Shown here one piece after another: positions 25,601 to 39,400 of a DNA stretch of 64,000 nucleotides. How positions within the stretch are numbered: the first letter of the stretch is position 1; each line of letters begins with the position of its first letter. The notes beneath the pieces are model-generated. The model searched no databases. It had not been told where the DNA came from and saw nothing but the letters and a program-made list of their open reading frames with translations. Both the position numbers and the translations under genes were made by a program. This stretch comes from Eledone cirrhosa. Lineage: Eukaryota. The DNA lies in contig OZ024758.1 in assembly GCA_964016885.1 (NCBI GenBank), positions 38,068,001-38,132,000 on the forward strand, read 5' to 3'.

Positions 25601-28600
25601 AGTAACTCCAATGTTGGTGAGAATTCATTTAAGTTGATGGTATTAGCTGTCAGAAGTAACTCCACCGTTGGTGAGAGTTCATTTAAGTCATGGTATTAGC
25701 TGTCAGAAGTAACTCCAATGTTGGTGAGAATTCATTTAAGTTCATGGTATTAGCTGTCAGAAGTAACGCCACAGTTGGTGAGAATTCATTTAAGTTCATG
25801 GTATTAGCTGTCAGAAGTAACTCCACTGTTGGTGAGAATTCATTTAAGTTCATGGTACTAGCTGTCAGAAGTAACTCCACCGTTGGTGAGAATTCATTTA
25901 AGTTCATGGTACTAGCTGTCAGAAGTAACTCCAATGTTGGTGAGAATTCATTTAAGTTCATGGTATTAGCTGTCAGAAGTAACTCCACTGTTGGTGAGAA
26001 TTCATTTAAGCCATGGTACTAGCTGTCAGAAGTAACTCCAATGTTGGTGAGAATACATTTAAGTTCATGGTATTAGCTGTCAGAACGAACTCCACTGTTG
26101 GTGAGAATTCATTTAAGTTCATGGTATTAGCTGTCAGAAGTAACTCCACTGTTGGTGAGAATTCATTTAAGTTCATGGTACTAGCTGTCAGAAGTAACTC
26201 CAATGTTGGTGAGAATTCATTTAAGTTCATGGTATTAGCTGTCAGAAGTAACTCCACTGTTGGTGAGAGTTCATTTAAGTCATGGTATTTGCTGTCAGAA
26301 GTAACTCCAATGTTGGTGAGAATTCATTTAAGTTCATGGTATTAGCTGTCAGAAGTAACTCCACTGTTGGTGAGAATTCATTTAAGTTCATGGTATTAGC
26401 TGTCAGAAGTAACTCCACTGTTGGTGAGAATTCATTTAAGTTCATGGTATTAGCTGTCAGAAGGAACGCCACTGTTGGTGAGAATTCATTTAAGTTCATG
26501 GTATTAGCTGTCAGAAGTCACTCCAATGTTGGTGAGAATTCATTTAAGTTCATGGTATTAGCTGTCAGAAGTAACTCCACTGTTGGTAAGAATTCATTTA
26601 AGTTCATGGTATTAGCTGTCAGAAGTAACTCCACTGTTGGTGAGAATTCATTTAAGTTCATGGTATTAGCTGTCAGAAGGAACGCCACTGTTGGTGAGAA
26701 TTCATTTAAGTTCATGGTATTAGCTGTCAGAAGTAACTCCACTGTTGGTGAGAATTCATTTAAGTTCATGGTACTAGCTGTCAGAAGTAACTCCAATGTT
26801 GGTGAGAATTCATTTAAGTTCATGGTATTAGCTGTCAGAAGGAACTCCACTGTTGCTGAGAATTCATTTAAGTTCATGGTATTAGCTGTCAGAAGTAACT
26901 CCACTGTTGGTGAGAATTCATTTAAGTTCATGGTACTAGCTGTCAGAAGTAACTCCACTGTTGGTGAGAATTCATTTAAGTTCATGGTACTAGCTGTCAG
27001 AAGTAACTCCACTGTTGGTGAGAATTCATTTAAGTTCATGGTATTAGTTTGTCAGAAGTAACTCCACTGTTGGTGAGAATTCATTTAAGTCATGGTATTA
27101 GTTGTCAGAAGTAACTCCAATGTTGGTGAGAATTCATGTAAGCCATGGTACTAGCTGTCAGAAGTAACTCCAATGTTGGTGAGAATTCATTTAATTTCAT
27201 GGTATTAGCTGTCAGAACGAACTCCACTGTTGGTGAGAATTCATTTAAGTTCATGGTATTAGCTGTCAGAAGTAACTCCACTGTTGGTGAGAATTCATTT
27301 AAGTTCATGGTACTAGCTGTCAGAAGTAACTCCAATGTTGGTGAGAATTCATTTAAGTTGATGGTATTAGCTGTCAGAAGTAACTCCACCGTTGGTGAGA
27401 GTTCATTTAAGTCATGGTATTAGCTGTCAGAAGTAACTCCAATGTTGGTGAGAATTCATTTAAGTTCATGGTATTAGCTGTCAGAAGTAACGCCACAGTT
27501 GGTGAGAATTCATTTAAGTTCATGGTATTAGCTGTCAGAAGTAACTCCACTGTTGGTGAGAATTCATTTAAGTTCATGGTACTAGCTGTCAGAAGTAACT
27601 CCACCGTTGGTGAGAATTCATTTAAGTTCATGGTACTAGCTGTCAGAAGTAACTCCAATGTTGGTGAGAATTCATTTAAGTTCATGGTATTAGCTGTCAG
27701 AAGTAACTCCACTGTTGGTGAGAATTCATTTAAGCCATGGTACTAGCTGTCAGAAGTAACTCCAATGTTGGTGAGAATACATTTAAGTTCATGGTATTAG
27801 CTGTCAGAACGAACTCCACTGTTGGTGAGAATTCATTTAAGTTCATGGTATTAGCTGTCAGAAGTAACTCCACTGTTGGTGAGAATTCATTTAAGTTCAT
27901 GGTACTAGCTGTCAGAAGTAACTCCAATGTTGGTGAGAATTCATTTAAGTTCATGGTATTAGCTGTCAGAAGTAACTCCACTGTTGGTGAGAGTTCATTT
28001 AAGTCATGGTATTTGCTGTCAGAAGTAACTCCAATGTTGGTGAGAATTCATTTAAGTTCATGGTATTAGCTGTCAGAAGTAACTCCACTGTTGGTGAGAA
28101 TTCATTTAAGTTCATGGTATTAGCTGTCAGAAGTAACTCCACTGTTGGTGAGAATTCATTTAAGTTCATGGTATTAGCTGTCAGAAGGAACGCCACTGTT
28201 GGTGAGAATTCATTTAAGTTCATGGTATTAGCTGTCAGAAGTCACTCCAATGTTGGTGAGAATTCATTTAAGTTCATGGTATTAGCTGTCAGAAGTAACT
28301 CCACTGTTGGTAAGAATTCATTTAAGTTCATGGTATTAGCTGTCAGAAGTAACTCCACTGTTGGTGAGAATTCATTTAAGTTCATGGTATTAGCTGTCAG
28401 AAGGAACGCCACTGTTGGTGAGAATTCATTTAAGTTCATGGTATTAGCTGTCAGAAGTAACTCCACTGTTGGTGAGAATTCATTTAAGTTCATGGTACTA
28501 GCTGTCAGAAGTAACTCCAATGTTGGTGAGAATTCATTTAAGTTCATGGTATTAGCTGTCAGAAGGAACTCCACTGTTGCTGAGAATTCATTTAAGTTCA

Positions 28601-31600
28601 TGGTATTAGCTGTCAGAAGTAACTCCACTGTTGGTGAGAATTCATTTAAGTTCATGGTACTAGCTGTCAGAAGTAACTCCACTGTTGGTGAGAATTCATT
28701 TAAGTTCATGGTATTAGCTGTCAGAAGTCACTCCAATGTTGGTGAGAATTCATTTAAGTTCATGGTATTAGCTGTCAGAAGTCACTCCACTGTTGGTGAG
28801 AATTCATTTAAGTTCATGGTACTAGCTGTCAGAAGTAACCCCAATGTTGGTGAGATTTCATTTAAGTTCATGGTATTAGCTGTCAGAAGTCACTCCAATG
28901 TTGGTGAGAATTCATTTAAGTTCATGGTATTAGCTGTCAGAAGTAACTCCACTGTTGGTGAGAATTCATTTAAGTTCATGGTATTAGCTGTCAGAAGTAA
29001 CTCCACTGTTGGTGAGAATTCATTTAAGTTCATGGTATTAGCTGTCAGAAGTAACTCCACTGTTGGTGAGAATTCATTTAAGTCATGGTATTAGCTGTCA
29101 GAAGTAACTCCAATGTTGGTGAGAATTCATTTAAGTTCATGGTATTAGCTGTCAGAAGTCACTCCACTGTTGGTGAGAATTCATTTAAGTTCATGGTATT
29201 AGCTGTCAGAAGTAACTCCACTGTTGGTGAGAATTCATTTAAGTTCATGGTATTAGCTGTCAGAAGTAACTCCACTGTTGGTGAGAATTCATTTAAGTTC
29301 ATGGTATTAGTTTGTCAGAAGTAACTCCACTGTTGGTGAGAATTCATTTAAGTCATGGTATTAGTTGTCAGAAGTAACTCCAATGTTGGTGAGAATTCAT
29401 TTAAGTTCATGGTACTAGCTGTCAGAAGTAACTCCACTGTTGGTGAGAATTCATTTAAGTTCATGGTAATAGCTGTCAGAAGTAACTCCACTGTTGGTGA
29501 GAATTCATTTAAGTCATGGTATTAGCTGTCAGAAGTAACTCCAATGTTGGTGAGAATTCATTTAAGTCATGGTACTAGCTGTCAGAAGTAACTCCAATGT
29601 TGGTGAGAATTCATTTAAGTTCATGGTATTAGCTGTCAGAAGTAACTCCACTGTTGGTGAGAATTCATTTAAGTTCATGGTATTAGCTGTCAGAAGTAAC
29701 TCCACTGTTGGTGAGAATTCATTTAAGTTCATGGTATTAGCTGTCAGAAGTAACTCCACTGTTGGTGAGAATTCATTTAAGTTCATGGTATTAGTTTGTC
29801 AGAAGTAACTCCACTGTTGGTGAGAATTCATTTAAGTCATGGTATTAGCTGTCAGAAGTAACTCCACTGTTGGTGAGAATTCATTTAAGTTCATGGTATT
29901 AGCTGTCAGAAGGAACGCCACTGTTGGTGAGAATTCATTTAAGTTCATGTTACTAGCTGTCAGAAGTAACCCCAATGTTGGTGAGATTTCATTTAAGTTC
30001 ATGGTATTAGCTGTCAGAAGTCACTCCAATGTTGGTGAGAATTCATTTAAGTTCATGGTATTAGCTGTCAGAAGTAACTCCACTGTTGGTGAGAATTCAT
30101 TTAAGTTCATGGTATTAGCTGTCAGAAGTAACTCCACTGTTGGTGAGAATTCATTTAAGTCATGGTACTAGCTGTCAGAAGTAACTCCAATGTTGGTGAG
30201 AATTCATTTAAGTTGATGGTATTAGCTGTCAGAAGTAACTCCACCGTTGGTGAGAGTTCATTTAAGTCATGGTATTAGCTGTCAGAAGTAACTCCAATGT
30301 TGGTGAGAATTCATTTAAGTTCATGGTATTAGCTGTCAGAAGTAACGCCACAGTTGGTGAGAATTCATTTAAGTTCATGGTATTAGCTGTCAGAAGTAAC
30401 TCCACTGTTGGTGAGAATTCATTTAAGTTCATGGTACTAGCTGTCAGAAGTAACTCCACCGTTGGTGAGAATTCATTTAAGTTCATGGTACTAGCTGTCA
30501 GAAGTAACTCCAATGTTGGTGAGAATTCATTTAAGTTCATGGTATTAGCTGTCAGAAGTAACTCCACTGTTGGTGAGAATTCATTTAAGCCATGGTACTA
30601 GCTGTCAGAAGTAACTCCAATGTTGGTGAGAATACATTTAAGTTCATGGTATTAGCTGTCAGAACGAACTCCACTGTTGGTGAGAATTCATTTAAGTTCA
30701 TGGTATTAGCTGTCAGAAGTAACTCCACTGTTGGTGAGAATTCATTTAAGTTCATGGTACTAGCTGTCAGAAGTAACTCCAATGTTGGTGAGAATTCATT
30801 TAAGTTCATGGTATTAGCTGTCAGAAGTAACTCCACTGTTGGTGAGAGTTCATTTAAGTCATGGTATTTGCTGTCAGAAGTAACTCCAATGTTGGTGAGA
30901 ATTCATTTAAGTTCATGGTATTAGCTGTCAGAAGTAACTCCACTGTTGGTGAGAATTCATTTAAGTTCATGGTATTAGCTGTCAGAAGTAACTCCACTGT
31001 TGGTGAGAATTCATTTAAGTTCATGGTATTAGCTGTCAGAAGGAACGCCACTGTTGGTGAGAATTCATTTAAGTTCATGGTATTAGCTGTCAGAAGTCAC
31101 TCCAATGTTGGTGAGAATTCATTTAAGTTCATGGTATTAGCTGTCAGAAGTAACTCCACTGTTGGTAAGAATTCATTTAAGTTCATGGTATTAGCTGTCA
31201 GAAGTAACTCCACTGTTGGTGAGAATTCATTTAAGTTCATGGTATTAGCTGTCAGAAGGAACGCCACTGTTGGTGAGAATTCATTTAAGTTCATGGTATT
31301 AGCTGTCAGAAGTAACTCCACTGTTGGTGAGAATTCATTTAAGTTCATGGTACTAGCTGTCAGAAGTAACTCCAATGTTGGTGAGAATTCATTTAAGTTC
31401 ATGGTATTAGCTGTCAGAAGGAACTCCACTGTTGCTGAGAATTCATTTAAGTTCATGGTATTAGCTGTCAGAAGTAACTCCACTGTTGGTGAGAATTCAT
31501 TTAAGTTCATGGTACTAGCTGTCAGAAGTAACTCCACTGTTGGTGAGAATTCATTTAAGTTCATGGTATTAGCTGTCAGAAGTCACTCCAATGTTGGTGA

Positions 31601-33100
31601 GAATTCATTTAAGTTCATGGTATTAGCTGTCAGAAGTCACTCCACTGTTGGTGAGAATTCATTTAAGTTCATGGTACTAGCTGTCAGAAGTAACCCCAAT
31701 GTTGGTGAGATTTCATTTAAGTTCATGGTATTAGCTGTCAGAAGTCACTCCAATGTTGGTGAGAATTCATTTAAGTTCATGGTATTAGCTGTCAGAAGTA
31801 ACTCCACTGTTGGTGAGAATTCATTTAAGTTCATGGTATTAGCTGTCAGAAGTAACTCCACTGTTGGTGAGAATTCATTTAAGTTCATGGTATTAGCTGT
31901 CAGAAGTAACTCCACTGTTGGTGAGAATTCATTTAAGTCATGGTATTAGCTGTCAGAAGTAACTCCAATGTTGGTGAGAATTCATTTAAGTTCATGGTAT
32001 TAGCTGTCAGAAGTCACTCCACTGTTGGTGAGAATTCATTTAAGTTCATGGTATTAGCTGTCAGAAGTAACTCCACTGTTGGTGAGAATTCATTTAAGTT
32101 CATGGTATTAGCTGTCAGAAGTAACTCCACTGTTGGTGAGAATTCATTTAAGTTCATGGTATTAGTTTGTCAGAAGTAACTCCACTGTTGGTGAGAATTC
32201 ATTTAAGTCATGGTATTAGTTGTCAGAAGTAACTCCAATGTTGGTGAGAATTCATTTAAGTTCATGGTACTAGCTGTCAGAAGTAACTCCACTGTTGGTG
32301 AGAATTCATTTAAGTTCATGGTAATAGCTGTCAGAAGTAACTCCACTGTTGGTGAGAATTCATTTAAGTCATGGTATTAGCTGTCAGAAGTAACTCCAAT
32401 GTTGGTGAGAATTCATTTAAGTCATGGTACTAGCTGTCAGAAGTAACTCCAATGTTGGTGAGAATTCATTTAAGTTCATGGTATTAGCTCTCAGAAGTAA
32501 CTCCACTGTTGGTGAGAATTCATTTAAGTTCATGGTATTAGCTGTCAGAAGTAACTCCACTGTTGGTGAGAATTCATTTAAGTCATGGTATTAGCTGTCA
32601 GAAGTAACTCCACTGTTGGTGAGAATTCATTTAAGTTCATGGTATTAGCTGTCAGAAGGAACGCCACTGTTGGTGAGAATTCATTTAAGTTCATGGTATT
32701 AGCTGTCAGAAGTAACTCCACTGTTGGTGAGAATTCATTTAAGTTCATGGTATTAGTTTGTCAGAAGTAACTCCACTGTTGGTGAGAATTCATTTAAGTC
32801 ATGGTATTAGCTGTCAGAAGTAACTCCACTGTTGGTGAGAATTCATTTAAGTTCATGGTATTAGCTGTCAGAAGGAACGCCACTGTTGGTGAGAATTCAT
32901 TTAAGTTCATGGTACTAGCTGTCAGAAGTAACCCCAATGTTGGTGAGATTTCATTTAAGTTCATGGTATTAGCTGTCAGAAGTCACTCCAATGTTGGTGA
33001 GAATTCATTTAAGTTCATGGTATTAGCTGTCAGAAGTAACTCCACTGTTGGTGAGAATTCATTTAAGTTCATGGTATTAGCTGTCAGAAGTAACTCCACT
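19660..33100. repeat. 2,962-bp (55-monomer) higher-order repeat, ~4.5 tandem copies with one truncated copy
   Basis: Marker aagttGatgg lies at 19712, 22674, 25636, 27360 and 30215 (spacings 2962, 2962, 1724, 2855). Marker ggtAagaa lies at 20664, 23626, 26588, 28312 and 31167. The identical 362-aa pseudo-ORF starts at 20358, 23320, 28006 and 30861, with a truncated version at 26282. Confidence 0.92.
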
Positions 33101-33469
33101 GTTGGTGAGAATTCATTTAAGTTCATGGTATTAGCTGTCAGAAGTAACTCCACTGTTGGTGAGAATTCATTTAAGTCATGGTATTAGCTGTCAGAAGTAA
33201 CTCCAATGTTGGTGAGAATTCATTTAAGTTCATGGTATTAGCTGTCAGAAGTCACTCCACTGTTGGTGAGAATTCATTTAAGTTCATGGTACTAGCTGTC
33301 AGAAGTAACCCCAATGTTGGTGAGAATACATTTAAGTCATGGTATTAGCTGTCAGAAGTAACTCCACTGTTGGTGAGAATTCATTTAAGTTCATGGTATT
33401 AGCTGTCAGAAGTAACTCCACTGTTGGTGAGAATTCATTTAAGTTCATGGTATTAGCTGTCAGAAGTAA

Positions 33470-36400
33470 CTCCACTGTTGGTGAGAATTCATTTAAGTTC
33501 ATGGTATTAGTTTGTCAGAAGTAACTCCACTGTTGGTGAGAATTCATTTAAGTCATGGTATTAGTTGTCAGAAGTAACTCCAATGTTGGTGAGAATTCAT
33601 TTAAGTTCATGGTACTAGCTGTCAGAAGTAACTCCACTGTTGGTGAGAATTCATTTAAGTTCATGGTAATAGCTGTCAGAAGTAACTCCACTGTTGGTGA
33701 GAATTCATTTAAGTCATGGTATTAGCTGTCAGAAGTAACTCCACTGTTGGTGAGAATTCATTTAAGTCATGGTATTAGCTGTCAGAAGTAACTCCACTGT
33801 TGGTGAGAATTCATTTAAGTTCATGGTATTAGCTGTCAGAAGGAACGCCACTGTTGGTGAGAATTCATTTAAGTTCATGGTATTAGCTGTCAGAAGTAAC
33901 TCCACTGTTGGTGAGAATTCATTTAAGTTCATGGTATTAGCTGTCAGAAGTAACTCCACTGTTGGTGAGAATTCATTTAAGTTCATGGTACTAGCTGTCA
34001 GAAGTAACTCCACTGTTGGTGAGAATTCATTTAAGTTCATGGTTATTAGCTGTCAGAAGTAACTCCACTGTTGGTGAGAATTCATTTAAGTTCATGGTAC
34101 TAGCTGTCAGAAGTAACTCCACTGTTGTTGAGAATTCATTTAAGTTCATGGTATTAGTTTGTCAGAAGTAACTCCACTGTTGGTGAGAATTCATTTAAGT
34201 CATGGTATTAGTTGTCAGAAGTAACTCCAATGTTGGTGAGAATTCATTTAAGTTCATGGTACTAGCTGTCAGAAGTAACTCCACTGTTGGTGAGAATTCA
34301 TTTAAGTCATGGTATTAGCTGTCAGAAGTAACTCCAATGTTGGTGAGAATTCATTTAAGTTCATGGTATTAGCTGTCAGAAGTCACTCCACTGTTGGTGA
34401 GAATTCATTTAAGTTCATGGTACTAGCTGTCAGAAGTAACCCAATGTTGGTGAGAATTCATTTAAGTTCATGGTATTAGCTGTCAGAAGTCACTCCAATG
34501 TTGGTGAGAATTCATTTAAGTTCATGGTATTAGCTGTCAGAAGTCACTCCACTGTTGGTGAGAATTCATTTAAGTTCATGGTACTAGCTGTCAGAAGTAA
34601 CCCCAATGTTGGTGAGAATTCATTTAAGTTCATGGTATTAGCTGTCAGAAGTCACTCCAATGTTGGTGAGAATTCATTTAAGTTCATGGTATTAGCTGTC
34701 AGAAGTAACTCCACTGTTGGTGAGAATTCATTTAAGTTCATGGTATTAGCTGTCAGAAGGAACTCCACTGTTGGTGAGAATTCATTTAAGTTCATGGTAC
34801 TAGCTGTCAGAAGTAACTCCACTGTTGGTGAGAATTCATTTAAGTTCATGGTATTAGCTGTCAGAAGTAACTCCAATGTTGGTGAGAATTCATTTAAGTC
34901 ATGGTACTAGCTGTCAGAAGTAACTCCACTGTTGGTGAGAATTCATTTAAGTCATGGTATTAGTTGTCAGAAGTAACTCCAATGTTGGTGAGAATTCATT
35001 TAAGCCATGGTACTAGCTGTCAGAAGTAACTCCAATGTTGGTGAGAATTCATTTAAGTTCATGGTATTAGCTGTCAGAACGAACTCCACTGTTGGTGAGA
35101 ATTCATTTAAGTTCATGGTATTAGCTGTCAGAAGTAACTCCACTGTTGGTGAGAATTCATTTAAGTTCATGGTACTAGCTGTCAGAAGTAACTCCAATGT
35201 TGGTGAGAATTCATTTAAGTTCATGGTATTAGCTGTCAGAAGTAACTCCAATGTTGGTGAGAATTCATTTAAGTCATGGTACTAGCTGTCAGAAGTAACT
35301 CCACTGTTGGTGAGAATTCATTTAAGTTCATGGTATTAGCTGTCAGAAGGAACTCCACTGTTGGTGAGAATTCATTTAAGTTCATGGTATTAGCTGTCAG
35401 AAGGAACGCCACTGTTGGTGAGAATTCATTTAAGTTCATGGTATTAGCTGTCAGAAGTAACTCCACTGTTGGTGAGAATTCATTTAGGTTCATGGTACTA
35501 GCTGTCAGAAGTAACTCCAATGTTGGTGAGAATTCATTTAAGTTCATGGTATTAGCTGTCAGAAGGAACTCCACTGTTGGTGAGAATTCATTTAAGTTCA
35601 TGGTATTAGCTGTCAGAAGTAACTCCACTGTTGGTGAGAATTCATTTAAGTCATGGTATTAGCTGTCAGAAGTAACTCCATTGTTGGTGAGAATTCATTT
35701 AAGTCATGGTACTAGCTGTCAGAAGTAACTCCAATGTTGGTGAGAATTCATTTAAGTCATGGTACTAGCTGTCAGAAGTAACTCCAATGTTGGTGAGAAT
35801 TCATTTAAGTTCATGGTATTAGCTGTCAGAAGGAACTCCACTGTTGGTGAGAATTCATTTAAGTTCATGGTATTAGCTGTCAGAAGTAACTCCACTGTTG
35901 GTGAGAATTCATTTAAGTTCATGGTATTAGCTGTCAGAAGTAACTCCACTGTTGGTGAGAATTCATTTAAGTTCATGGTACTAGCTGTCAGAAGTAACTC
36001 CAATGTTGGTGAGAATTCATTTAAGTCATGGTATTAGCTGTCAGAAGTAACTCCAATGTTGGTGAGAATTCATTTAAGTTCATGGTATTAGCTGTCAGAA
36101 GTAACTCCAATGTTGGTGAGAATTCATTTAAGTTCATGGTATTAGCTGTCAGAAGTAACTCCACTGTTGGTGAGAATTCATTTAAGTTCATGGTACTAGC
36201 TGTCAGAAGTAACTCTACTGTTGGTGAGAATTCATTTAAGTCATGGTACTAGCTGTCAGAAGTAACTCCACTGTTGGTGAGAATTCATTTAAGTCATGGT
36301 ATTAGTTGTCAGAAGTAACTCCAATGTTGGTGAGAATTCATTTAAGTTCATGGTATTAGCTGTCAGAAGTGACTCCACTGTTGGTGAGAATTCATTTAAG

Positions 36401-39400
36401 TTCATGGTATTAGCTGTCAGAAGGAACTCCAATGTTGGTGAGAATTCATTTAAGTCATGGTACTAGCTGTCAGAAGTAACTCCACTGTTGGTGAGAATTC
36501 ATTTAAGTTCATGGTATTAGCTGTCAGAAGGAACTCCACTGTTGGTGAGAATTCATTTAAGTTCATGGTACTAGCTGTCAGAAGTAACTCCACTGTTGGT
36601 GAGAATTCATTTAAGTTCATGGTATTAGTTTGTCAGAAGTAACTCCACTGTTGGTGAGAATTCATTTAAGTCATGGTATTAGTTGTCAGAAGTAACTCCA
36701 ATGTTGGTGAGAATTCATTTAAGCCATGGTACTAGCTGTCAGAAGTAACTCCAATGTTGGTGAGAATTCATTTAATTTCATGGTATTAGCTGTCAGAACG
36801 AACTCCACTGTTGGTGAGAATTCATTTAAGTTCATGGTATTAGCTGTCAGAAGTAACTCCACTGTTGGTGAGAATTCATTTAAGTTCATGGTACTAGCTG
36901 TCAGAAGTAACTCCAATGTTGGTGAGAATTCATTTAAGTTCATGGTATTAGCTGTCAGAAGTAACTCCACTGTTGGTGAGAGTTCATTTAAGTCATGGTA
37001 TTAGCTGTCAGAAGTAACTCCAATGTTGGTGAGAATTCATTTAAGTTCATGGTATTAGCTGTCAGAAGTAACGCCACAGTTGGTGAGAATTCATTTAAGT
37101 TCATGGTATTAGCTGTCAGAAGTAACTCCACTGTTGGTGAGAATTCATTTAAGTTCATGGTACTAGCTGTCAGAAGTAACTCCACCGTTGGTGAGAATTC
37201 ATTTAAGTTCATGGTACTAGCTGTCAGAAGTAACTCCAATGTTGGTGAGAATTCATTTAAGTTCATGGTATTAGCTGTCAGAAGTAACTCCACTGTTGGT
37301 GAGAATTCATTTAAGTCATGGTATTAGCTGTCAGAAGTAACTCCACTGTTGGTGAGAATTCATTTAAGTTCATGGTATTAGCTGTCAGAAGTAACTCCAC
37401 TGTTGGTGAGAATTCATTTAAGTTCATGGTACTTGCTGTCAGAAGTAACTCCACTGTTGGTGAGAATTCATTTAAGTTCATGGTATTAGCTGTCAGAAGT
37501 AACTCCACTGTTGGTGAGAATTCATTTAAGTTCATGGTACTAGCTGTCAGAAGTAACTCCAATGTTGGTGAGAATTCATTTAAGTCATGGTATTAGCTGT
37601 CAGAAGTAACTCCAATGTTGGTGAGAATTCATTTAAGTTCATGGTATTAGCTGTCAGAAGTAACTCCAATGTTGGTGAGAATTCATTTAAGTTCATGGTA
37701 TTAGCTGTCAGAAGTAACTCCACTGTTGGTGAGAATTCATTTAAGTTCATGGTACTAGCTGTCAGAAGTAACTCTACTGTTGGTGAGAATTCATTTAAGT
37801 CATGGTACTAGCTGTCAGAAGTAACTCCACTGTTGGTGAGAATTCATTTAAGTCATGGTATTAGTTGTCAGAAGTAACTCCAATGTTGGTGAGAATTCAT
37901 TTAAGTTCATGGTATTAGCTGTCAGAAGTGACTCCACTGTTGGTGAGAATTCATTTAAGTTCATGGTATTAGCTGTCAGAAGGAACTCCAATGTTGGTGA
38001 GAATTCATTTAAGTCATGGTACTAGCTGTCAGAAGTAACTCCACTGTTGGTGAGAATTCATTTAAGTTCATGGTATTAGCTGTCAGAAGGAACTCCACTG
38101 TTGGTGAGAATTCATTTAAGTTCATGGTACTAGCTGTCAGAAGTAACTCCACTGTTGGTGAGAATTCATTTAAGTTCATGGTATTAGTTTGTCAGAAGTA
38201 ACTCCACTGTTGGTGAGAATTCATTTAAGTCATGGTATTAGTTGTCAGAAGTAACTCCAATGTTGGTGAGAATTCATTTCAGCCATGGTACTAGCTGTCA
38301 GAAGTAACTCCAATGTTGGTGAGAATTCATTTAATTTCATGGTATTAGCTGTCAGAACGAACTCCACTGTTGGTGAGAATTCATTTAAGTTCATGGTATT
38401 AGCTGTCAGAAGTAACTCCACTGTTGGTGAGAATTCATTTAAGTTCATGGTACTAGCTGTCAGAAGTAACTCCAATGTTGGTGAGAATTCATTTAAGTTC
38501 ATGGTATTAGCTGTCAGAAGTAACTCCACTGTTGGTGAGAGTTCATTTAAGTCATGGTATTAGCTGTCAGAAGTAACTCCAATGTTGGTGAGAATTCATT
38601 TAAGTTCATGGTATTAGCTGTCAGAAGTAACGCCACAGTTGGTGAGAATTCATTTAAGTTCATGGTATTAGCTGTCAGAAGTAACTCCACTGTTGGTGAG
38701 AATTCATTTAAGTTCATGGTACTAGCTGTCAGAAGTAACTCCACCGTTGGTGAGAATTCATTTAAGTTCATGGTACTAGCTGTCAGAAGTAACTCCAATG
38801 TTGGTGAGAATTCATTTAAGTTCATGGTATTAGCTGTCAGAAGTAACTCCACTGTTGGTGAGAATTCATTTAAGTCATGGTATTAGCTGTCAGAAGTAAC
38901 TCCACTGTTGGTGAGAATTCATTTAAGTTCATGGTATTAGCTGTCAGAAGTAACTCCACTGTTGGTGAGAATTCATTTAAGTTCATGGTACTAGCTGTCA
39001 GAAGTAACTCCAATGTTGGTGAGAATTCATTTAAGTTCATGGTATTAGCTGTCAGAAGTAACTCCACTGTTGGTGAGAATTCATTTAAGTCATGGTATTA
39101 GCTGTCAGAAGTAACTCCACTGTTGGTGAGAATTCATTTAAGTTCATGGTATTAGCTGTCAGAAGTAACTCCACTGTTGGTGAGAATTCATTTAAGTTCA
39201 TGGTATTAGCTGTCAGAAGTAACTCCACTGTTGGTGAGAATTCATTTAATTTCATGGTATTAGCTGTCAGAAGTAACTCCACTGTTGGTGAGAATTCATT
39301 TAAGTTCATGGTATTAGCTGTCAGAAGTCACTCCAATGTTGGTGAGAATTCATTTAAGTTCATGGTATTAGCTGTCAGAAGTCACTCCACTGTTGGTGAG

